Below are positions 11,015-21,843 of a stretch of DNA of 64,000 nucleotides, one piece after another. Under the pieces are notes generated by a model. The model was not told the DNA's origin, did not search any database, and saw nothing but the letters and a program-made list of their open reading frames with translations. This stretch comes from Spirochaetaceae bacterium (GTDB taxonomy: Bacteria > Spirochaetota > Spirochaetia > DSM-2461), in contig JAOPTT010000004.1 of assembly GCA_051531975.1 (NCBI GenBank), forward strand, positions 64,001-128,000. Direction: 5' to 3'. The position numbers and the translations under genes were made by a program. The number at the start of each line of letters is the position of its first letter. Position 1 is the first letter of the stretch.

Positions 11015-12298
11015 ATGAAAAAAGTAATATGTTTGCTGTTTATACTACAGATTATAAATATATATGCAGAACCAATAGATATAAGTTTAGATACTGCATT
11101 AGATATGGCAACTAGGAATAATATCGATATAAAACGAGCAGTCCTAGAATTGGAAGGAAAAAGAAGAGGAAAAGACACTGCTTATAATGTATTTTTTCCT
11201 ACAATCTCTGGGAATACAGGCCTTTCTAGAAGCAATACTGAACCGTTAGAAAGTACAGGAATGACTGATACTAATTTCTTTGCAGGTTATACAGCCAGTT
11301 TCAGTTTTACCCCAGCTCTTTTTAATGCCATTACACTTTTGAAAAGAGATTATGAACTAGGTGAGATTACGTATGCTAAAGCTATAAAAAGTACAGAGAC
11401 AAATGTAAAAGAGATTTTTTATAACTTAATTCTATTAAAAGAACAAATATCTCTATTAGAGGATAATTTAAAAACAATAGAAAATAGGTATGAGCAGATG
11501 AAAATAAATTATTCTGGTGGCCTAGTTTCGGAATTAGAACTATTACAACTCCAGGTAAGTTTTGAAAACTTTAAACCAGAACTGAATACAGTGAATAATA
11601 CGTATAATTCAATACTTCTTAATTTTAAAACACTTCTTGGAATCCCTCTAGATCAGGAGATATCAATTATTGGGGAGATTGAGCCCGAGATTAATGAATT
11701 ATCAGCCAAAGATGCATTTGATCTTGCTTTATTAAACAATAAAGACTTACAAGCTGTTTATAAATACAAAGAGATATTTGAAGCACAAAAGAAGACAAAA
11801 AAAGCTCAGAATTTTTTACCTATTATAAATATTTCATACTCTGGGTCCACAATGTTAAACGATCCATTTGAAGATGATAGGTTTGATTTGGATAATTTTA
11901 CAGACGATGGAGGAGCCCTACAATTTTCAGTAGTATACTATTTTAATGCACTCTTCCCAAATAGTAAGGAGCGAATGGAAATAGAAGCTATTGATAGATC
12001 TATAGAGGATACAAATTTACAAAATGAAGCCTTGTCAGATGGTTTGAAATTACAGATTACAAATTATATTTCAATCCTAAATAACTCTGTTAAAATTCAA
12101 GAAGGATTAAAACTAACTGTATTATTAGCTAAAAAAAGTTTAGGGCAAGTTCAACAAGCATATGATGCTGGAACTACCCAGTTAATTGATGTAGAGAGCG
12201 CAGAAAATGAGTATAAAAAGTCTAGGTTAGAGCTGTTAAAAGAGAAATTTAACTATGCTAATAACCTAATTAGACTAGAAGCTATAATATTGCCTTAA
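11015..12298 (+). CDS. TolC family outer-membrane efflux protein
   Basis: Signal peptide, duplicated helical repeat with FFP/FLP and Y..G...L.L motifs; follows RND permease. Confidence 0.85.
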   Translation: MKKVICLLFILQIINIYAEPIDISLDTALDMATRNNIDIKRAVLELEGKRRGKDTAYNVFFPTISGNTGLSRSNTEPLESTGMTDTNFFAGYTASFSFTPALFNAITLLKRDYELGEITYAKAIKSTETNVKEIFYNLILLKEQISLLEDNLKTIENRYEQMKINYSGGLVSELELLQLQVSFENFKPELNTVNNTYNSILLNFKTLLGIPLDQEISIIGEIEPEINELSAKDAFDLALLNNKDLQAVYKYKEIFEAQKKTKKAQNFLPIINISYSGSTMLNDPFEDDRFDLDNFTDDGGALQFSVVYYFNALFPNSKERMEIEAIDRSIEDTNLQNEALSDGLKLQITNYISILNNSVKIQEGLKLTVLLAKKSLGQVQQAYDAGTTQLIDVESAENEYKKSRLELLKEKFNYANNLIRLEAIILP

Positions 12299-13613
12299 TC
12301 GCGCTTTTAATGTTTTGAACCTCTCGTATATCTAGAGAGGTTTTTTTTGCTTTTTCTGGAGATATAAATGTTTTAAACCCCATGTCTTCACCTGTTTTTA
12401 TCCGTCTGTCTAGGTGTGGTACTGTTCTAATTTCTCCAGCCAATGATAGTTCTCCAGTTGAAACTATCCCATCTTTTATAGGTATATCAGTTCTAGATGA
12501 GTAAAGTGCTAAGGCTAAAGGCAGATCTATTCCTGTCTCTTTTACCTTAATTCCCCCAGCAATATTTACATAAATATCCCTATCGGAAAACTTAATTCCT
12601 GCATGTTTTTCTAAAATAGCGGCAACTCTAGATACTCTATTCATATCTACTTTATCACTAAAAATCCTAGATGATGTACCTTTTGCTGCAACAGTTAGTA
12701 CTTGTATTTCAATTAAAATTACCCTAGTTCCTTCTAGTGTTGCTCCAATAGATATTCCTGGAGGTAACCCTTGATCTCTTTTAGTTAAAAATACTCCAGA
12801 TGGGTCCTTTAACTCTATTAAGCCCTTTTCTTCCATTGAGAATAGTCCTACTTCATCAATTGAACCAAATCTATTTTTTACAGACCTTAATATTCTTATC
12901 TGGGAAGCTGAGTGATCAAAGTAAAGCACTGTATCAACCATATGTTCAACAACTTTAGGCCCTGCAATAATACCCTCTTTAGTAACGTGTGCAATAAAAA
13001 ATAGTGATGCTTCTAACTCTTTTGTCTCTTTAATTAATTGGCTACAACAATATTTTAACTGGTTAACACTACCTGGTATATTTCCAGCTTCATCACTTTG
13101 AAGTGTCTGTATTGAGTCTACAATTATTAGTTCAGGTTTCTCATTTTTAATAGTTTTTATGATTGTTTCAAAATGAGAATCGCAGAGTATACTAATGCCT
13201 TTACCTGATATGTTAAGCCTTTTAGCCCTAAGTTTTATCTGGTTTGCAGACTCTTCCCCAGAGATATACAATACTTTATGATTTTGATTGATTGAATCTG
13301 CTATTTGCAATAACAGAGTAGATTTTCCAATTCCTGGCTCTCCTCCAATTAATACCGAAGAACCCTTCATCAATCCGCCACCTAGAACCTGATCTACCTC
13401 TTTTATCCCAGTTTTGTATCTATATGAATCTTTAATTTCTATTTCATCTAAACTAACTGAGTTTTTAGATTTAACTTCAGTTCCTTTTGACGTTTTTGAT
13501 ACTTTATGTTCAGAAAAACTATTCCATTCTCCACACCCTGGGCACTTACCTAACCATTTACTCTCTTCTTGCCCACAATTGGTACAGAAAAATATTGTTT
13601 TATCTTTTGCCAA
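12282..13613 (-). CDS. radA: DNA repair protein RadA/Sms
   Basis: C4 zinc finger, GEPGIGKS Walker A, KNRFG motif, Lon-like C-terminus; TTG start with AGGAG SD. Confidence 0.97.
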   Translation of the reverse strand: MAKDKTIFFCTNCGQEESKWLGKCPGCGEWNSFSEHKVSKTSKGTEVKSKNSVSLDEIEIKDSYRYKTGIKEVDQVLGGGLMKGSSVLIGGEPGIGKSTLLLQIADSINQNHKVLYISGEESANQIKLRAKRLNISGKGISILCDSHFETIIKTIKNEKPELIIVDSIQTLQSDEAGNIPGSVNQLKYCCSQLIKETKELEASLFFIAHVTKEGIIAGPKVVEHMVDTVLYFDHSASQIRILRSVKNRFGSIDEVGLFSMEEKGLIELKDPSGVFLTKRDQGLPPGISIGATLEGTRVILIEIQVLTVAAKGTSSRIFSDKVDMNRVSRVAAILEKHAGIKFSDRDIYVNIAGGIKVKETGIDLPLALALYSSRTDIPIKDGIVSTGELSLAGEIRTVPHLDRRIKTGEDMGFKTFISPEKAKKTSLDIREVQNIKSAIKAIL

Positions 13614-13627
13614 ACTAAACTCCTAAT

Positions 13628-14143
13628 TTATGATACAAACATATCCTGTTCAATTTCTAATAACTTCTGTTTTGCACTTAATCCACCTGCATAACCAACT
13701 AATTTACCATCACTACCTATAATCCTGTGACACGGAACTATAATTGATATTGCATTTGCACCATTAGCATTTGCTACAGCTCTTACAGCCTTCTCATTTT
13801 CAATTTTTTTAGCAAGGTTTAAGTAAGATACTACAGAACCAAATGGTATTGTTATTAAAGATTCCCATACCTGCTTTTGAAAAGTTGTTCCTACAAGTAG
13901 TAAGGGGATATCAAATGTTTTTCGTTTATAGTTAAAATATTCATCTAACTGTTTGATTGTCTCTCTGATTATAGGGGTTTCTTCTAATATAAATTCAGCA
14001 TTTAGACCATTTTTTATTCTATTATCAACAGTGTCTCTCATTTTTCTGTATCGCCAGTCACATAGGCATATTTTACCGTCATATGAACCTAGAATTAGTT
14101 CCCCAGCTTTTGACTTATAATAACTGATTTTGATATCTTCCAT
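13628..14143 (-). CDS. ogt: methylated-DNA--protein-cysteine S-methyltransferase
   Basis: GT.FQ..VW, RAVA.AN, active-site PCHR; start set to ATG 14143. Confidence 0.93.
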   Translation of the reverse strand: MEDIKISYYKSKAGELILGSYDGKICLCDWRYRKMRDTVDNRIKNGLNAEFILEETPIIRETIKQLDEYFNYKRKTFDIPLLLVGTTFQKQVWESLITIPFGSVVSYLNLAKKIENEKAVRAVANANGANAISIIVPCHRIIGSDGKLVGYAGGLSAKQKLLEIEQDMFVS

Positions 14144-14207
14144 ATTAATAGCATATAATAACAAACGGTATAGATATAGTATATTCTAATAAAACATAGT
14201 TAAACAT

Positions 14208-14236
14208 TTGTTTTGAGGCGTAATAAATATTATAGT
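14208..14236 (+). promoter_or_regulatory. sigma70-type promoter, probable leaderless transcript (M23 gene)
   Basis: TTGTTT-N17-TATAGT-N6-ATG, no SD. Confidence 0.55.
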
Positions 14237-14242
14237 TTATAT

Positions 14243-15418
14243 ATGAAAAGATTTATTTTTTTGACAATAGTATTAATTACTATGCTTTCTCTACCAGCCA
14301 AGAGTTATTTATCCGAAGATAGTGATTATTTAGATGTATATTACGAGAAGTTGGATGATGGTGGTTTTGCTTTTTATGGGGATAATAAACATTTTATCCC
14401 AATGTATATCAATTTGAAATTTACTAAACTAACAAACCTAAAAATGAGTGTCCCTAATCCTATTAAGCAAGTATTAGAGCCAGGAACTAAAAATGTTTTA
14501 TTATGTGAGTTAACTCCTATAAAAGCTGGAGAATCTTACAGGTTTGGAAGTAGTTTTAGTTATAGTAATGGCGACCCATTAAATACTAAACCAGATGATT
14601 ATATCTATATGTTCCCTTTTGCTCATGGAGAAAAAAATAAACTAGACCAGGGGTTTGGTGGTAAATTTTCTCATACCAAAGAGAACTATTATGCATTAGA
14701 TTTTTCTATGGATATAGGTACCCCAATATACGCAGCTAGAGCTGGTGTTGTTGTTGAAATAAAAGAGAACTCAAACCGTGGAGGGGCAGGTTCGTCTTAT
14801 GCAAAAGATGGAAATTTTGTCAGTATCTATCACTCTGATGGAACATTTGCCAGTTATGTACATTTAAAGAAAAATGGTGCAATCGTAAAAGTTGGAGATA
14901 GAGTAAAAATTGGAGATAAGATTGCATATAGTGGAAATACAGGGCTTTCTACTGGACCACACTTACATTTTTCTGTGAATGTTGTAGGTGAGTCTGGAGT
15001 AAAGCAGTCTATACCAATAAAAATGCAAAACATAGATGGGAAAGCTTTAGATCCAGTCACCGGGGAATTTTATTATGCAGTACATCCCAAAGGCCCAGAA
15101 TTTGTTGCCATATTTGGAAAAGATATTAAAAGTTCAGATTATGAAGGATTCTCAAATAAAGTTAAAAAGGATAACAAGGTTAAAATTTATCATGAAAAAG
15201 TTGACCACACAACAATTGTTTATTGTAAAAATGGATATGATAAAAAGATTTCCGGAACAATAAAGTTTAGCTTAAGAAATGCCCAGACAAGTAGAAAAAG
15301 TCCAATGAAAATAGAAATTCCACCTTTAACAGAGATTTATATCTGTTTAGTCACACCAAAGGACAGGAGTAAACCTTATTCTTTTTCATCATCTATGTCG
15401 TATAGTTATTTAGAATAA
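14243..15418 (+). CDS. secreted M23 family metallopeptidase flanked by a duplicated beta-rich domain
   Basis: Signal peptide, ALDF, GTPIYAARAG, YVHL, SGNTGLSTGPHLHF; start set to ATG 14243. Confidence 0.92.
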   Translation: MKRFIFLTIVLITMLSLPAKSYLSEDSDYLDVYYEKLDDGGFAFYGDNKHFIPMYINLKFTKLTNLKMSVPNPIKQVLEPGTKNVLLCELTPIKAGESYRFGSSFSYSNGDPLNTKPDDYIYMFPFAHGEKNKLDQGFGGKFSHTKENYYALDFSMDIGTPIYAARAGVVVEIKENSNRGGAGSSYAKDGNFVSIYHSDGTFASYVHLKKNGAIVKVGDRVKIGDKIAYSGNTGLSTGPHLHFSVNVVGESGVKQSIPIKMQNIDGKALDPVTGEFYYAVHPKGPEFVAIFGKDIKSSDYEGFSNKVKKDNKVKIYHEKVDHTTIVYCKNGYDKKISGTIKFSLRNAQTSRKSPMKIEIPPLTEIYICLVTPKDRSKPYSFSSSMSYSYLE

Positions 15419-15454
15419 ATTGTGTTATATTCTTTTAAACATTAGGAGGGTGCT

Positions 15455-16366
15455 ATGCCAATAAAGATTCAAGATAAACTACCAGCAATTGAGATTCTTA
15501 ATAAAGAGAATATCTTTGTCATGACAGAGACCCGAGCAATGAAACAGGATATTCGTCCTTTAAAAATTGCAATATTAAACCTGATGCCTAAAAAAGTTAC
15601 AACTGAGACCCATCTACTAAGATTGTTATCTAATACACCACTACAGGTTGAAGTAGACCTTCTACATCCTAAAAGCCATAAGTCTAAAAATACAGACCAT
15701 GCACATTTAGAATACTTTTACAAAACGTTTGATGATATAAAACAAGATAAATACGATGGATTAATAATAACTGGTGCCCCTGTTGAAACTCTGAAATTTG
15801 AGAGTGTAGACTATTGGGAAGAACTTAAAGAGATTATGGACTGGTCAAAAATAAATGTTACCTCTACACTTCATATTTGTTGGGGTGCTTTAGCTGGACT
15901 ATATTATCATCATGGTGTAGAAAAGTACCTTGCACCTGAGAAGATTTCAGGAATATTTAAACACTATGTTATAGATAAGAATGTACCAATTGTTAGAGGC
16001 TTTGATGATGATTATCTAGCACCACATTCACGGCACACAGAAGTACTAAGATCTGAAATAGATCAGGTGAAAAACTTAACAGCAGTATCGGAATCTAAGG
16101 AAGCTGGAGTATATATTGTCGTATCAAAAGATGGGAAACAAATTTTTGTTACAGGGCATTCAGAATATGATCCATTAACCTTAAAAGACGAATATGATAG
16201 AGATTTAAAAGTTGATCCACAAAATACAATCATTCCAAGAAATTATTTTCCAGATGATGACCCAACAAAAACTCCAGTTGTAAATTGGAGAGGACATGCA
16301 AACTTATTATTTCTAAACTGGTTAAACTATTATGTATATCAGATGACTCCATTTAAACTTGATTAA
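15455..16366 (+). CDS. metA: MetA-family homoserine O-acyltransferase (probably acetyl-CoA specific)
   Basis: [47 protein letters not shown]. Confidence 0.97.
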   Translation: MPIKIQDKLPAIEILNKENIFVMTETRAMKQDIRPLKIAILNLMPKKVTTETHLLRLLSNTPLQVEVDLLHPKSHKSKNTDHAHLEYFYKTFDDIKQDKYDGLIITGAPVETLKFESVDYWEELKEIMDWSKINVTSTLHICWGALAGLYYHHGVEKYLAPEKISGIFKHYVIDKNVPIVRGFDDDYLAPHSRHTEVLRSEIDQVKNLTAVSESKEAGVYIVVSKDGKQIFVTGHSEYDPLTLKDEYDRDLKVDPQNTIIPRNYFPDDDPTKTPVVNWRGHANLLFLNWLNYYVYQMTPFKLD

Positions 16367-16387
16367 AACCTCAGGTTAACCTATCTT
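16359..16387 (+). promoter_or_regulatory. sigma70-type promoter, probable leaderless transcript (YgiQ gene)
   Basis: TTGATT-N17-TATCTT-N6-ATG, no SD. Confidence 0.55.
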
Positions 16388-16393
16388 ACCACC

Positions 16394-18286
16394 ATGAGCA
16401 GTAGATTTTTACCAATAAACAGAAGAGAGATGGAACAATTAGGATGGGAAAGACCTGATTTTGTAGTTGTTACAGGTACCGCATATGTGGACCATCCATC
16501 CTTTGGAACCGCAGTTATTAGCCGAGTTTTAGAAAGCCAGGGTTTTAATGTTGCTATATTAGCCCAGCCGGATTGGAAAAACTTAGATAGTTTTAAAGAG
16601 TTTGGAAAACCAAAGTTTGCCTTCTTGGTAAATGGTGGGAATATGGATTCTATGGTTAGTAATTATACTGCATCAAAAAAACCAAGAAAAACTGACTCAT
16701 ATTCTCCTGGAGATAAGGCTGGATTAAGACCTGATAGAGCAACAATTGTCTACTCGGCAGCACTGAAACAGATCTATAAAAAAGTTCCCATAATTTTAGG
16801 CGGCATCGAGGCATCTTTAAGACGTATGGCACATTACGACTACTGGTCAGACAAGATTAGGCGCTCCATTATACTGGACGCTAAAGCTGATTTAGTAATA
16901 TTTGGAATGGGTGAAAGACAGATCCTAGAAATTGGGGAAAGATTTAAAAAAGGTCTTTCTATTAAAAATATGAAAGACATTCCTGGGACTTTATATAGGA
17001 CTCATCAGAAACCAGAACAGGTTGAAGGAATAAAGTTTTTACCAACTTATAAAGATATAATGACTAGTAAAAGAAAGTTTGCTTTATCTTTTAAAACTCA
17101 GCACTTAAATACTGACCCATATACATCTTCTATTATAGTAGAGGAATATCCTGGTGAGTGGGTCGTTCAAAATATACCATCAAAACCACTTTTAAGAGAG
17201 GAATTAGACTGGGTTCATGAACTGCCATATGTCCGTTCTCCCCACTATTCCTACGATAAACTTGGTGGAGTTAAAGCCATAGAAGAGGTCCAGTTTAGTA
17301 TTATTAGTAACCGAGGGTGTTATGGAGGTTGCAATTTTTGTGCTTTAACATTTCATCAGGGTCGTATTGTACGTTCAAGAAGTCATGACTCTATAATAAA
17401 AGAAGCTAAAGAGATAATTAAACACCCGGACTTTAAAGGTTATATCCACGATGTTGGTGGGCCAACTGCAAACTTTACAAAACCAGCATGTTATAAACAG
17501 ACTCAAAGAGGATCTTGTCCTACTAAACAATGTCTTGCTCCTGAACCATGTAAAATGCTTGAAGTGGACCATACTGAGTATTTAAATCTTTTAAGAGAAT
17601 TAAGGTCTCTACCAGGGGTTAAAAAAGTTTTTATTCGATCTGGAATAAGATTCGACTATTTAATGTTAGATCCTGACGATACTTTTTTTAGGGAACTTGT
17701 AGAACATCATATCAGTGGCCAGTTAAAGGTCGCTCCTGAACATGTTTCAGATCCAGTTTTAAAACTTATGGGTAAACCTGGAAATAGTGTCTTTTCTGAG
17801 TTCTCAAAAAAATACAAAGAGATAAATGATGAACTAGGGAAAAATCAGTTTTTAGTACCTTATTTTATCTCATCCCACCCAGGTTCATCATTAGAAGACG
17901 CTATAGAGTTGGCTGAGTATTTAAAAGATACAGGATTAAGATCTGATCAAGTGCAAGACTTTATTCCAACTCCAGGAACCCTTTCAACAGCGATGTTCTA
18001 TTCTGGGTTTGACCCAATGACAATGAATCCTGTAGTAAGTCAGATATCTCCAGAGGATAAAGCTAAGCAACGAGCTCTTCTACAATATGGAAAGCCAGAA
18101 AATCGGGAACTTGTAAGGTGCGCATTAATTGAAGCAGGTAGGGAGGATTTAATTGGAAATGGTGATAAGTGTCTTATACCCAAAGCAAAAAATAGATCTT
18201 TAATGAATAGTAAAAACAGTTCAAGCAATAGAAACAGTAGCAGGAACTATAAAGGTAATAATAAAACTAGGAAGAAACGATATTAA
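16394..18286 (+). CDS. YgiQ (UPF0313) family radical SAM protein
   Basis: AYVDHPSFG, GNMDSMV, CYGGCNFC, LKVAPEH, SSHPG, QVQDF. Confidence 0.93.
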   Translation: MSSRFLPINRREMEQLGWERPDFVVVTGTAYVDHPSFGTAVISRVLESQGFNVAILAQPDWKNLDSFKEFGKPKFAFLVNGGNMDSMVSNYTASKKPRKTDSYSPGDKAGLRPDRATIVYSAALKQIYKKVPIILGGIEASLRRMAHYDYWSDKIRRSIILDAKADLVIFGMGERQILEIGERFKKGLSIKNMKDIPGTLYRTHQKPEQVEGIKFLPTYKDIMTSKRKFALSFKTQHLNTDPYTSSIIVEEYPGEWVVQNIPSKPLLREELDWVHELPYVRSPHYSYDKLGGVKAIEEVQFSIISNRGCYGGCNFCALTFHQGRIVRSRSHDSIIKEAKEIIKHPDFKGYIHDVGGPTANFTKPACYKQTQRGSCPTKQCLAPEPCKMLEVDHTEYLNLLRELRSLPGVKKVFIRSGIRFDYLMLDPDDTFFRELVEHHISGQLKVAPEHVSDPVLKLMGKPGNSVFSEFSKKYKEINDELGKNQFLVPYFISSHPGSSLEDAIELAEYLKDTGLRSDQVQDFIPTPGTLSTAMFYSGFDPMTMNPVVSQISPEDKAKQRALLQYGKPENRELVRCALIEAGREDLIGNGDKCLIPKAKNRSLMNSKNSSSNRNSSRNYKGNNKTRKKRY

Positions 18287-18734
18287 TATGCAGTTCAAAC
18301 TGACCATAGGGAGTATTAAATGGTATAGCTATAACATGTCCTTTTACAGGCCATGAGATCGTATGATTTGTCCCTTGAACAGTAAGTGGAACTGTTATTT
18401 CAACATTATCCATAGTTAGTATATTTAATGCATTACCGCATATAATGTTTGCAAATTCTCCAATCATAGCAGTTATAGTCTCAACTATCTCTTTAGATGT
18501 TTCAGGGACCTTTGTTGCTTCTTTAAGGAGCTTAAATGCTGTAGTTTTTTTTAACCGTATTACAAATATTCCCTCATAACTCCCCATTATCCCAATAACA
18601 CCAGAAATATTCCAACTATGGTGCTCTAAATCAGTAACTATATGAGCTTTTCCAAAAGTGGGGGTAAAATTATACATGTCCTTAAACATTCTTATAGTAG
18701 ATTTTAAGAATGGCTTTATAGTTTCAGTATCCAT
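18267..18734 (-). CDS. cheX: chemotaxis phosphatase CheX family protein
   Basis: ISGVIGI.G, GEFANII.G (E-x2-N), I.VP..V.G. Confidence 0.85.
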   Translation of the reverse strand: MDTETIKPFLKSTIRMFKDMYNFTPTFGKAHIVTDLEHHSWNISGVIGIMGSYEGIFVIRLKKTTAFKLLKEATKVPETSKEIVETITAMIGEFANIICGNALNILTMDNVEITVPLTVQGTNHTISWPVKGHVIAIPFNTPYGQFELHINIVSS

Positions 18735-18763
18735 TATTTAAATTGTAATATATATAGATAAAA

Positions 18764-19522
18764 TTAGCTATATAATATGCAACTGTTATACTCTGCAAAA
18801 AGTTCGAAACCTAAACTCAAATAATAGTCTGTTATCCAGTCGTCTCTATCTGCTATTAAATAGAGTGTCTCTTTTCCACTTGCCTTAGCAACAGAAATTG
18901 CAGATTTTAAGAGTGCTTCACCAACCCCTCTATTTCTACAATCTTTTAATACTTCAAGGTCATCTAGTTTTACGATATTTTTCACATAAAAAAGTTCACA
19001 GTCTCCAATAAAATCAGCATCCTGTTTATAAACTAATGTAGTTATATTTTTATTTCTAAATTTTAAGTCGATCCATCTTTTTGAGTGAATATCACCACCT
19101 TCGATATCACTGTTTAGGGAGTCATAAAGCTTTTCTAGCTGCTTACGATGCTCTTTATGCACTACTGTACAGTTTTCCTCTGCATAACTCTCATTTATTG
19201 AATTAAGATCTAAAGTTAAAACCTGATGGCAATAAAATGTAAAATCACTTAGTTCTGAGACTTCTCCAGAAAAAGGGGCGTATGGATCAAATACAAACCT
19301 TATAAACGATTTATTCTCTTTTATAACCCTCTTCTTTTCTGACTCTACAGTTCTTCTAAGTTCATCTAAGGTAATTAGTCTTTTTATAAAAGTGAAATTT
19401 TGCAAAGGAACATTAGGAGTAGTTTTGTCGTGGAAATTAATAAAACTGCTCTTTGACTCTTTTTTTGAAGTTAATTTTTTATATGAAAATTCAGCTTTAA
19501 TAATCTGATTAAGAAGTTCCAT
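18764..19522 (-). CDS. GNAT family N-acetyltransferase
   Basis: C-terminal V....RNRGVG motif A and YYLSLGF. Confidence 0.85.
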   Translation of the reverse strand: MELLNQIIKAEFSYKKLTSKKESKSSFINFHDKTTPNVPLQNFTFIKRLITLDELRRTVESEKKRVIKENKSFIRFVFDPYAPFSGEVSELSDFTFYCHQVLTLDLNSINESYAEENCTVVHKEHRKQLEKLYDSLNSDIEGGDIHSKRWIDLKFRNKNITTLVYKQDADFIGDCELFYVKNIVKLDDLEVLKDCRNRGVGEALLKSAISVAKASGKETLYLIADRDDWITDYYLSLGFELFAEYNSCILYS

Positions 19523-19536
19523 AAATTAATTATAGT

Positions 19537-21840
19537 CTAAAAAAGTTCCGGTTGCTTATTAAATACAATTATTTGAAAATCTTTATTTATAAATGGTAAT
19601 ACACTATCTGCAATTGGCTTAAGTTGTTTATCTATATAGTGGTCATAATCAATGTTTTTTGGAGACATTTCCACAGGAATAGGGCCGTCTTTGGTTATTA
19701 TATACTCTATCCTACCTCTCATGTTCCCTGTTGGATCTAATAATAGAGCAGCTTTTACAGGAGGTGGAATTAGTTTTGTATATTCACTGGCTGGTTTAGC
19801 TAGTCTTTTATTATAAATCAACTGATTATTAAGTTCTCCATTTTGTAGCTTTCTAACTGTTTCTTTTACATAATCTTCGACCTCATCACCTGCAAAGATT
19901 TTTGTAAAAAGGTTATATTGAAACTCTTTGGCTAGCATGGTCCAGTCTGATCTTACAAACTCTAGACCAGTAAAGGTTAATTTTTCCCCTTCATCGGAAC
20001 TTACAATACCTGCATATCTTTTTTTTGCCCCGGTTAGACCACCTCTTACCCCTGGTAAAAAGAATTTACTAAAATGTTTTTCATATTCAAGTTCTAATAT
20101 TGATTCAACAGAAAAGTTTTCTTTTAAGAACTGTTTCAGATAGTTATTCACAAACTTAACAATATCTTTTCCTGCACTATTAAAACTGGACCTTTCGTCA
20201 GGTTTTAATTGAACAAATAGAGAATCTGTATCCCCATAAATAACAGTGTAACCTCTATTTTCTAATAGTTCTTTAGTTAATGTTAGAAGCCACTGTCCAG
20301 TCCCAGTAATTGAGTCTGGTAGATCCTGATGGTAAAATCTGCAACCTGTTGTTCCCATGACACCATAAAAGCTATTCATTAAAATTTTAATAGCCTGAGA
20401 AAGGTGTGCATTCTTCTCGTTTTTTGCTAATTCACGCTTCTCCATCAGGGATTGTATATAAGCCGGAAGTACGTGCTGTGTACTAGAAAATTTAGTTCCC
20501 ATTGGGGTAGTTATTGTATCTTCATCTGACAGTATTCTTGAAATTGGGTCGATAAAAAACGTTCTTATAATGGATGGATAAAGACTCTTAAAGTCTAATA
20601 CAACAATGTTATCATAAAAACCTGGCTCCTTAATAAAAACAAGACCACCACCACCCTGTCCTGTGGATACAATATCCTCGACATCTGGTGTTACATATCC
20701 TTTCCTGTGTACTTTGGGTAGCATAAAGTAGTCAAAAGCTCTAACGGACATTCCTATTTTATCCATAGCCAATCCACAGGTTGTAGCTCTAGTAAAAGTA
20801 AGGTCTATTAATCCTAATTTATTGTATATATCCGTTACTAGTGTACAATCTAAAAGGTTATAATGGGCTAATGCTTTTTTATCATCTCTAAATCTTCTCT
20901 CAATTTCATCAACTTTTCCAGATCCTGCAATATCTTTTCCTACGCCTAAAATCTCTTTTGCAACATTTTCTAATTTATAACTAATAAAGTTATAAAAAGC
21001 ACCCCTTAATGTTGGAGGTCCGTCGATAATTATTCTTCCTGTAATATCACATACCCAACTTTTGTTTTTTGTCTGCTTTATTACTGGAGACCTGTTTCTA
21101 CGGCCAATTAAAAAAGGAATCCTGTAGAACTCTGTTCTTCGACGAATAAAATCTAAGTCAAAACCTATAACATGCCAACCAATTATAATATCAGGATCTA
21201 AACTATTAAATTCACAAATAAATGCCTCGATAAGTGATTTTTCAGTAGGGTAATAAGTTATATAGTCATCTGAGATAGTTTCTGATAATTTATCATCTCT
21301 CATTAATACTTTCTTATCAGAAACATCCCCGTAAGTGAAATGCAAACCAAATGAATAAATTGTACCATCTCGGCCTGTTTCGATATCTAAAGATAGAACT
21401 TTAAAGATTGGAGTGTAATCAGCTGGTGTCATTAAAGCATTTGTATAGTGCAATAGACCTGATTTATTTATAGGTGTGCCATCAATTAAAACTGAGCCAT
21501 AAATAAAACGTTCCATGAGGTATCTTTCTTCTGGAATAACATCACTTTCGTAACATCTAAAACCAGCTTCTTTTAATATTTTTTTCCCATTATATAAGTC
21601 GTTTTGAGTGCTAAAATATAGAGCATCAACATTTGTCCCACCAAAAGATTTTAGATTTACTTGTTTACGTTCTTTATAGGTTAAGCCCAGTGGAAGTTTT
21701 GTGAAATTATCAATAAAAAATAGTGGAGGTTTGTTATCAATTTCAACCTGGAATGGACCTGATTCTCCAACCCCTGTATATAAAAAATGAGTTTTGTTAT
21801 TATGTGTTATTTTTTGTCTTGTTAAAATATATCCTAAAAT
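19537..21840 (-). CDS. polB: DNA polymerase II (family B); non-canonical 5' end
   Basis: SLDIET exonuclease, DFKSLYPS, KILMNSFYG, YGDTDS, KKRYAG; frame stays open 108 codons upstream of the track's ATG (21516) to ILGYILTR, which matches the PolB N-terminus. Confidence 0.93.
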   Translation of the reverse strand: MLGYILTRQKITHNNKTHFLYTGVGESGPFQVEIDNKPPLFFIDNFTKLPLGLTYKERKQVNLKSFGGTNVDALYFSTQNDLYNGKKILKEAGFRCYESDVIPEERYLMERFIYGSVLIDGTPINKSGLLHYTNALMTPADYTPIFKVLSLDIETGRDGTIYSFGLHFTYGDVSDKKVLMRDDKLSETISDDYITYYPTEKSLIEAFICEFNSLDPDIIIGWHVIGFDLDFIRRRTEFYRIPFLIGRRNRSPVIKQTKNKSWVCDITGRIIIDGPPTLRGAFYNFISYKLENVAKEILGVGKDIAGSGKVDEIERRFRDDKKALAHYNLLDCTLVTDIYNKLGLIDLTFTRATTCGLAMDKIGMSVRAFDYFMLPKVHRKGYVTPDVEDIVSTGQGGGGLVFIKEPGFYDNIVVLDFKSLYPSIIRTFFIDPISRILSDEDTITTPMGTKFSSTQHVLPAYIQSLMEKRELAKNEKNAHLSQAIKILMNSFYGVMGTTGCRFYHQDLPDSITGTGQWLLTLTKELLENRGYTVIYGDTDSLFVQLKPDERSSFNSAGKDIVKFVNNYLKQFLKENFSVESILELEYEKHFSKFFLPGVRGGLTGAKKRYAGIVSSDEGEKLTFTGLEFVRSDWTMLAKEFQYNLFTKIFAGDEVEDYVKETVRKLQNGELNNQLIYNKRLAKPASEYTKLIPPPVKAALLLDPTGNMRGRIEYIITKDGPIPVEMSPKNIDYDHYIDKQLKPIADSVLPFINKDFQIIVFNKQPELF

Positions 21841-21843
21841 AGG

